This document shows, piece after piece, positions 58,534-64,000 of a DNA stretch of 64,000 bases. Source of the DNA: Candidatus Latescibacterota bacterium (GTDB lineage Bacteria; Latescibacterota; UBA2968; UBA8231); the NCBI GenBank assembly GCA_963422735.1, contig OY730476.1, forward strand, positions 2,048,001 to 2,112,000, read 5' to 3'. The position numbers and the translations under genes are program-made. Position 1 is the stretch's first letter. Every line of letters starts with the position of its first letter. Below the pieces are notes generated by a model. The model searched no databases. It saw only the letters and a program-made list of their open reading frames with translations, and was not told the DNA's origin.

Positions 58534-59592
58534 TCATCGGCCCATCAGTTCCTCATAGATCCCACCTGCCTTGGCTTGGATATTTTCGCCGCTAAAAGGA
58601 TAGAGAAACCCCCAGAACAGCGCCCCGACTAACATCAAACCCAGATAGAATAGCAAGATGCGGCGGCCCCAGACCGCCCCAAGCATAGTCAGGGTGGAAA
58701 ACTTGGTGGCCGGACCGGCAATGAAAAAGCCCAGAGCCGCCCCCGGACTCATGCCCATCTGCATCATGCTCTCGACAATGGGAATGCTGCCGCCGCCGCA
58801 GGCGTAGAGCGGCACCCCCAAGGCTACAGCCATGGGCACGGCCCAGACGCTGCCGGGGCCGACCAGTGCCAGTACCAGCTCTTGGGACAGAAAGGTCTTT
58901 ACCAAGGCGGCGATGAAGATCCCCAGGCCGAAGAATTTGGCGATGAAGAGTACATCGCCGCGGAAGCGCTGCGCCAGAATCCTGACTTCAGACAGGGACT
59001 GGGAAGAGTCGCCTATGGCCGGAGATGCCTCCGGAGGGGTTGCTGTGCGGACTGCGAACGTTAGACGATGGCGCAGAGCGGACTGCGCTACAAAACCGGC
59101 CAAAAGCCCCACGCTAGCCGCCGTGACCAGCCGGGCTATGGCCATTTCCATCCCGATAGTCCCAGCGGTGTACGCGAACAAGGAGGGGTTCATCAGGGGT
59201 GAGGCCACGACAAAGGCCACTAAGGGCGCAGCCGGTACACCCATATTTATTAGGCGGCCGGCCACGGGAATGGCGGCAAAAGTGCATAGAGGCGAGATCA
59301 GAGCCAGCAGGGTAGATGCCACAATAGAGCCGTTGGCCCGCTGCTGGAGAGTCTGGCGGATCCGGGCCTTAGGTAAGTAGCGCCAAGCTAGGGTGCTAAA
59401 CAGGGCACCTAGCACCACAAAGTACCAGAGCTGAGCCGCCAGATCCCAGAAACTGGTTAGGACGCGCAGCGTATAGGTATTCCGCAGATAATGCTCTGCA
59501 ATGCTGGCGGCCTGCCAGAGCGGTTGCGTCAGGGCGTGGTAAAGGGTCTGAATCCTTTCCACGCCTGAAGGCGCGGTGAAGCCCACGCTCAA
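58534..59592 (-). CDS. Predicted permease (ArsP/DUF318 family)
   Basis: SPLC....IP, AF..ASPLMNP, GVPLYACGGG.IP and AL.F.IAGPAT; the start overlaps the stop of the upstream gene. Confidence 0.85.
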   Translation of the reverse strand: MSVGFTAPSGVERIQTLYHALTQPLWQAASIAEHYLRNTYTLRVLTSFWDLAAQLWYFVVLGALFSTLAWRYLPKARIRQTLQQRANGSIVASTLLALISPLCTFAAIPVAGRLINMGVPAAPLVAFVVASPLMNPSLFAYTAGTIGMEMAIARLVTAASVGLLAGFVAQSALRHRLTFAVRTATPPEASPAIGDSSQSLSEVRILAQRFRGDVLFIAKFFGLGIFIAALVKTFLSQELVLALVGPGSVWAVPMAVALGVPLYACGGGSIPIVESMMQMGMSPGAALGFFIAGPATKFSTLTMLGAVWGRRILLFYLGLMLVGALFWGFLYPFSGENIQAKAGGIYEELMGR

Positions 59593-61733
59593 CGGACCAA
59601 GGCCATGGGTCGGGCCTTGCGCAGATCATCGGCCTTGAGGACGGCGAAGTAGATTCCGCTGGCCACATTGAAGCCCGAGGCATTGCGTGCGTCCCACATC
59701 ACCTCGTGATAGCCTGAAGCTATCTCTCCTTCCACCAAGGTGCAGATCCACTGGCCCGCCGCATTGTAGATATCCAGCTTGGCAGGTCCTACTTGGGGCA
59801 GGGCAAAGCGGATGCGAGTGATTGGATTGAATGGATTCGGGTAGTTCTCCAGCAGTGCCGATGCTTCCGGTAGAGGCTGGCTGGTCGCCGACTCTGCCAC
59901 GGCCGTGGGAACCTCGCCCGGCAGCAGGAATTCAATGCCGGGCAGGCGGTCTCCGTCTTGGTCCACCAAGTGTGCAGCCAGCATGGTATTCCCGGCAGAG
60001 CTCCCGATCTTGAAGAGCAGTCTGTTTTCCCCTTGTACTAGGTGAATCGGAACTTGCAAGTCGGCCAGCCGGAAATTGCGCCGGGAGAGATCCTCGTAGA
60101 TCACTTCGCCATTCAGCCAGACCTTGGCGAAGTCGTTGTAGCCGAGCCACAGGAAACCCTCCTGCGCCCGCTGTGCCTGCACTAGGGTGAAGGCGTAGTT
60201 GGCAATGTCTTGGCCCCTGCCATTGAGATCGCCCAGCGGCAGAATTTCAGCGGTGTAACCAAGGTGCTCCACCTGTGTCCACACCACATCACCGGCCGGC
60301 TCGCCCTCTAGGGGGTATAGCTGAGATTCGTTTGGCAGGAGTTCGGAGTTGATATCGCTGCTGTTCGGAAACGGGCCAGCGACGAGCCAGCGCCGGATGC
60401 CGCGCCCGTAGAACGCGCCCCTGCGATTGCCACCACGAGATTTGACGAAGTTGCGCTGCACGCTATCGGGCGCACGCCCCTCCACTTGGATTCGGTTTAG
60501 ATCGAAGGTTCCAAAGCCCTTGGTCGCTGCTAGATAGAGATGCTCCAAGTCGAGTGGATTGAATCCCATGACCACGTTGGCCACAGCTTCGGTAGCCAAC
60601 GGATCGCCACCGGCCACCACCGCGTTGTGCTGGACGTTCTGCCCCCACTGCGGCCCGTCGCCTTCGGTGCCCCAGAATCCCTCAATGACGGTATAGGCCG
60701 CCGGGTTGTAGGAGAACAGATCCACGTACCCGTGCTCGGGGTTGTTCTGGTAGTGCTGGCGCTTGGAGGTGCCATCGCCGTAGGCTCCCGATGCTAAGGT
60801 CCCAACGTAGTTCTTAATGCCTAAGGTAGTGCCGTAGATGGTGGTCTTCATGGCGGCGATGGAAATTACTTTGTCGGCGTCTAGGATCGGTTCGGGCATG
60901 AAGTAGCCTTCCTTGCGAAAGCTGCCGGTGCCCTCCACGTGGAAGCCGAACTGGGCACCAAGATACCGCAGGCGCGTCACCCCCAAGCGTTGAATAGCTC
61001 CGCCCGGAACCGGCTCAAGGCGAAAGGGAGCGTAGTTGAGATCAGAGGTATCCACCACGGTGGAGACCCCCATGGCGGCGAATTCTTCTAGAATCTTGAT
61101 GTACGAGAGATGGCCGAATTCGGGATAGGTCGCGGACCAGCCATCTTCTTCTGCATTGGTGGGAAAGCCAGGCTCGCCTTTGCGTGGAGATTCGGCCCCG
61201 CCCTCGGCAATGGTGATGCGCCGCGGTCCCACTTGCTCTATGAGGTAGTCAATCACACTCTTCACCACCCGCAAATCCGCGATTTGGCCTGGGTGTTCAA
61301 TGCCATCACTGTAATATGCCGAGGTGGGATTTCCTCTGTTGGTCACAATGTTGACTTTGACGACGACCCAGTCGCTCGGCTCGACGACGGCGCGAATGGA
61401 GCGCTCCGATTGGTCTAGGTCCAGAGCGCGGCGGACGATAGCGTCCACCTGAGCGAAGCTTAAGGAGGCATTTAGGGCAGCCGGCTCGGCTAGCTCCTGG
61501 TCGCTTGAAGTGGCGACCGCCACGGTCGGATTGCCTTCGCCCAAGGTGAGGGTGCCGGGGCGTAGGAGGGGCAGGCCTTCTACCTGCAAGGGCTCTTGGG
61601 CTTGCTGCACCGATCCTGCCATCCCAACGAAAAAGGTCTGCGCTTGGTGGGAGTAGATGTCCCAGCCGATCAGAGTGCCGATCAGCAGGAGTAGAGCCAA
61701 ATTTGCAAATTTGCGTTTTGTCATTTGAGGCAT
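59589..61733 (-). CDS. DUF362-domain protein with an N-terminal hydrophobic segment, a beta-sandwich domain and a C-terminal T9SS type A/FlgD-Ig domain
   Basis: V.VKVN.V, DLRVV..V, I.IAEG, AD.VISI..MKT, TLGIKNYVG, EG.GP..G, G.DP.A and MGFNP; then WLV.GPF..VWLNG..G.N.LL.K; then NYPNPFNP.T.I.F...WD.....G..VASG.YF. Confidence 0.85.
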   Translation of the reverse strand: MPQMTKRKFANLALLLLIGTLIGWDIYSHQAQTFFVGMAGSVQQAQEPLQVEGLPLLRPGTLTLGEGNPTVAVATSSDQELAEPAALNASLSFAQVDAIVRRALDLDQSERSIRAVVEPSDWVVVKVNIVTNRGNPTSAYYSDGIEHPGQIADLRVVKSVIDYLIEQVGPRRITIAEGGAESPRKGEPGFPTNAEEDGWSATYPEFGHLSYIKILEEFAAMGVSTVVDTSDLNYAPFRLEPVPGGAIQRLGVTRLRYLGAQFGFHVEGTGSFRKEGYFMPEPILDADKVISIAAMKTTIYGTTLGIKNYVGTLASGAYGDGTSKRQHYQNNPEHGYVDLFSYNPAAYTVIEGFWGTEGDGPQWGQNVQHNAVVAGGDPLATEAVANVVMGFNPLDLEHLYLAATKGFGTFDLNRIQVEGRAPDSVQRNFVKSRGGNRRGAFYGRGIRRWLVAGPFPNSSDINSELLPNESQLYPLEGEPAGDVVWTQVEHLGYTAEILPLGDLNGRGQDIANYAFTLVQAQRAQEGFLWLGYNDFAKVWLNGEVIYEDLSRRNFRLADLQVPIHLVQGENRLLFKIGSSAGNTMLAAHLVDQDGDRLPGIEFLLPGEVPTAVAESATSQPLPEASALLENYPNPFNPITRIRFALPQVGPAKLDIYNAAGQWICTLVEGEIASGYHEVMWDARNASGFNVASGIYFAVLKADDLRKARPMALVR

Positions 61734-61818
61734 GACCAACTCTCCCGTATTTGAGGTCGGTACTACGCGCAATCGGAGGATGTCTGCGCGGTCCTGAGAT
61801 TTATTGAAGTTTATATAG

Positions 61819-62382
61819 TTACGGTATTTGGTGCAGTACTGAAAGCACTCCTTGGCCTGTCTTGATTTTCCCCCAACTCAACCTCTCGATTGCGGTAGCG
61901 TCTAGACTATGCACGTAAATCTCCACCTCGTAGAAGACCGTAGGGCCCATCGTCCATAGCTCAAGGTTGTCGGCCATAGTGGCAGGAGGGAAATAGATCT
62001 CGATCCACTGGTCCACTGCCCGCGCATTCTCTTCGATCAGGGCAGTTTGCATCCCTTCGGGTTCGCGCAAGGTGCCGGTCTCGTCTAAGCACCCGCCTAG
62101 ATAGGTGCGAATCTGGTAGTTGTTGCCGATGGCACCGACATAGATCCGCAATTTCTCCAGTTGTAGCGGCTCCTCCCAGGCAAATACCAAAATCCCCTTA
62201 GTCGTCCAAATAAAGGGCAGGGCATCGGCATCTTGGGGAACCTTGCTGTCTCCTAGAACGCCGAGGTCGCCCTCGTGGGAATTCCAGATCGTAGCCCGGG
62301 TCACGGCGTCGGGTGTGATGTTGCGGCTGGCGGCACCCCAAAAAAAGAAGATCGCAAAAATTGATGGTATGACTATTCTCAT
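61819..62382 (-). CDS. Hypothetical secreted protein (discoidin-like beta-sandwich) with a C-terminal 'SWGKIK' motif
   Basis: Hydrophobic N-terminus; W.EP..LE..RIY, EVEIY and TAIERLSWGKIK. Confidence 0.6.
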   Translation of the reverse strand: MRIVIPSIFAIFFFWGAASRNITPDAVTRATIWNSHEGDLGVLGDSKVPQDADALPFIWTTKGILVFAWEEPLQLEKLRIYVGAIGNNYQIRTYLGGCLDETGTLREPEGMQTALIEENARAVDQWIEIYFPPATMADNLELWTMGPTVFYEVEIYVHSLDATAIERLSWGKIKTGQGVLSVLHQIP

Positions 62383-62555
62383 GCGGACAGCCCATTCCAA
62401 GGCAGACCATACAGGACTCGACGATTTTCGATTCTCATATCTAATGAAGATGGCGCGGGACGGCATGTAGTGAAAGACCCCTTCCTCGTAGTAAGCGCAA
62501 GTGAGGTTGCGAGCGGGTCCACCTAAGTATATCTTGGGCGCAAAAGGAGGGGATT

Positions 62556-62870
62556 ATGAAGACAAACAAAACCGTTTCGCCAGAGGTCGGAACGCGATTG
62601 CTCTTTGAAAATGAGCGGGTGCGGGTTTGGGATCTGCGGTTGGCACCGGGCGAGAGCACAGGTCTGCACCGGCACGAGTACGACTACCTATATGTAGTTA
62701 TCGGCGACGGCCGATTGCAGGCGGCCGATGCAGAGGGAACTCGCAGGGAGGCTAGTGATATGAAGGATGGAGAGGTGCGGTTCAGCGAGATCGAAAGGGG
62801 GGCGGTACACGAGGCGTTTAACGTCGGCGAAGGGCCGTGGCGGAATATTATCGTCGAATTGAAGGACTGA
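62556..62870 (+). CDS. Cupin domain protein
   Basis: GT.LLFENERVRVW...L.PGE....H.H..DY and H.A.N.G; strong RBS AGGAGG. Confidence 0.88.
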   Translation: MKTNKTVSPEVGTRLLFENERVRVWDLRLAPGESTGLHRHEYDYLYVVIGDGRLQAADAEGTRREASDMKDGEVRFSEIERGAVHEAFNVGEGPWRNIIVELKD

Positions 62871-62894
62871 AACCGACTAATCCAAGGAGAGAAT

Positions 62895-63326
62895 ATGAGC
62901 CTGAGAAGACTATTGTGCGGCCCGCTCCCCTCGGCCGGCATTGGCTATTCACTGGGGCTGCTGCTGTTGAGGGCATCCGTAGGCGGCGTGATGTTGCTAG
63001 GCCACGGCTGGGGTAAATTGACCAGCTTTGCTGAGCGTTCCTCCTCGTTCCCCGACCCATTGGGCATTGGATCGTCGCTGAGCATGGCCTTGGCCACCGG
63101 TGCTGAAGCGTTTTGCGCCCTAGCGGTGATTTTGGGATTCGCCACCCGCTGGGCTGTCGTGCCGCTCATGGTCACCATGCTAGTGGCCGCGCTTATCGTA
63201 CACGGGGACGATCCTTGGGCGAAAAAGGAACTCGCCCTATTGTACTTTTTTCCCTTTGCCGCGTTATTTTTAACGGGCGCGGGGCGCTACTCGCTCGACG
63301 CCTTCTTCCGGCGCGGCGCGCGTTGA
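62895..63326 (+). CDS. DoxX family membrane protein
   Basis: LLR...G..M..HG..K, F.DPLG.G, E, G..TR, H, KELA and G.G.YSLD. Confidence 0.9.
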   Translation: MSLRRLLCGPLPSAGIGYSLGLLLLRASVGGVMLLGHGWGKLTSFAERSSSFPDPLGIGSSLSMALATGAEAFCALAVILGFATRWAVVPLMVTMLVAALIVHGDDPWAKKELALLYFFPFAALFLTGAGRYSLDAFFRRGAR

Positions 63327-63329
63327 GTC

Positions 63330-64000
63330 CTACAGAATGTCGGGCGACTGCGGATCGACGCAGGCACCGCTGGGGCGTGGTCCCTGTGGCCGCTGCGGCA
63401 TCTGGTCGTAAGACTGGTAAGCGATGTCTAAGTAAGGCGTCTCGACCCGGCGGTGCCTTTCGTAGCGCGAATTCATTGCCGCGTCGATAACCCCGGTCGC
63501 CAGCAGGGTGCGCTCGGGCGGATAAGGGGCCTGACCCGTTTTGAAAAATTGCTGGATGTTGCGGCATAGATAGCCGAAATGGGCAAACGGCCCCCCGTTC
63601 TGCAGGTAGAACTCCGCGGCCTGTACCTGCCCTCCTATCCGCGCGGCATAGGCGAAGTCGCTGACATAGCCGTTGAGCATCAAAGTCGCCGTGCGCAAGC
63701 CATCGCGGTGTTCCATGAGGAAAACTGCTGGCTCTTTGGAATGCTTTTTCATGAGGCCATCCGGCTTTTTGGCAATGGCAGCGCAAGCGGCCTCGGCCAA
63801 CTCTCCGGACCACAGCCCCTCGTCGCGGGCGCGCCACACATCGTCCCCTTCGAGGCACTGCACCCACGCCACCCCCTTCTCGCCGCCGCTCCGCCGCTCG
63901 ATCATGCACTGCAAAGTCTCTAAAGCATGGTACCCGTATGCTTCGATACCGCCGTAGCCGATGGATAGAGCTTCCTCAATGGGCGTCTCCTTGGGGTGCT
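63330..64000 (-). CDS. Conserved hypothetical protein (oxidoreductase-like C-terminus); start lies beyond the right edge of the window
   Basis: GYGG.EAYGYHALETLQCMIERR.GGE.GV..VQC.EG, DGL....L and PYP.ERTLL.TG; the frame is open to the edge. Confidence 0.75.
   Translation of the reverse strand, partial: HPKETPIEEALSIGYGGIEAYGYHALETLQCMIERRSGGEKGVAWVQCLEGDDVWRARDEGLWSGELAEAACAAIAKKPDGLMKKHSKEPAVFLMEHRDGLRTATLMLNGYVSDFAYAARIGGQVQAAEFYLQNGGPFAHFGYLCRNIQQFFKTGQAPYPPERTLLATGVIDAAMNSRYERHRRVETPYLDIAYQSYDQMPQRPQGPRPSGACVDPQSPDIL

Overview
GC-rich bacterial chromosomal segment. The gene content suggests an uncultured FCB-group lineage such as Latescibacterota/Handelsmanbacteria; this is an inference, not a database result. 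From left to right: (1) a type IX secretion (T9SS)-like cluster (porU, porV, an M6-like/FG-GAP protein with a C-terminal sorting domain, and an HExxH peptidase/PD40 protein). Here the PorU catalytic Cys appears to be Ser, the M6 zinc motif is degenerate, and the porU-porV junction is duplicated in front of the peptidase gene. (2) Housekeeping genes (rpmB, ispB, apbE, secDF, yggS, yggT, ileS, dksA-like, lspA, rluD, ddl, acnA, ubiD-like, rnd, tRNA-Glu). (3) Many catabolic enzymes (three enolase-superfamily dehydratases, three sulfatases, GH88-like, PL26-like lyase, amidase, creatininase, PhyH dioxygenase). (4) Small mobile or accessory elements: a 212-bp IS1595/ISNha5-like MITE with an 8-bp target-site duplication, an integrase-less array of attC gene cassettes at about 31.7-33.4 kb, and an AT-richer beta-propeller insert between two truncated genes. 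(5) A putatively exported DUF362 protein with a C-terminal sorting domain, next to a permease and a 'SWGKIK'-tailed protein. Several frameshifted or deleted pseudogenes point to gene erosion or assembly error. No CRISPR array, rRNA, intact transposase or integrase was seen. All protein calls come from motif recognition by eye.
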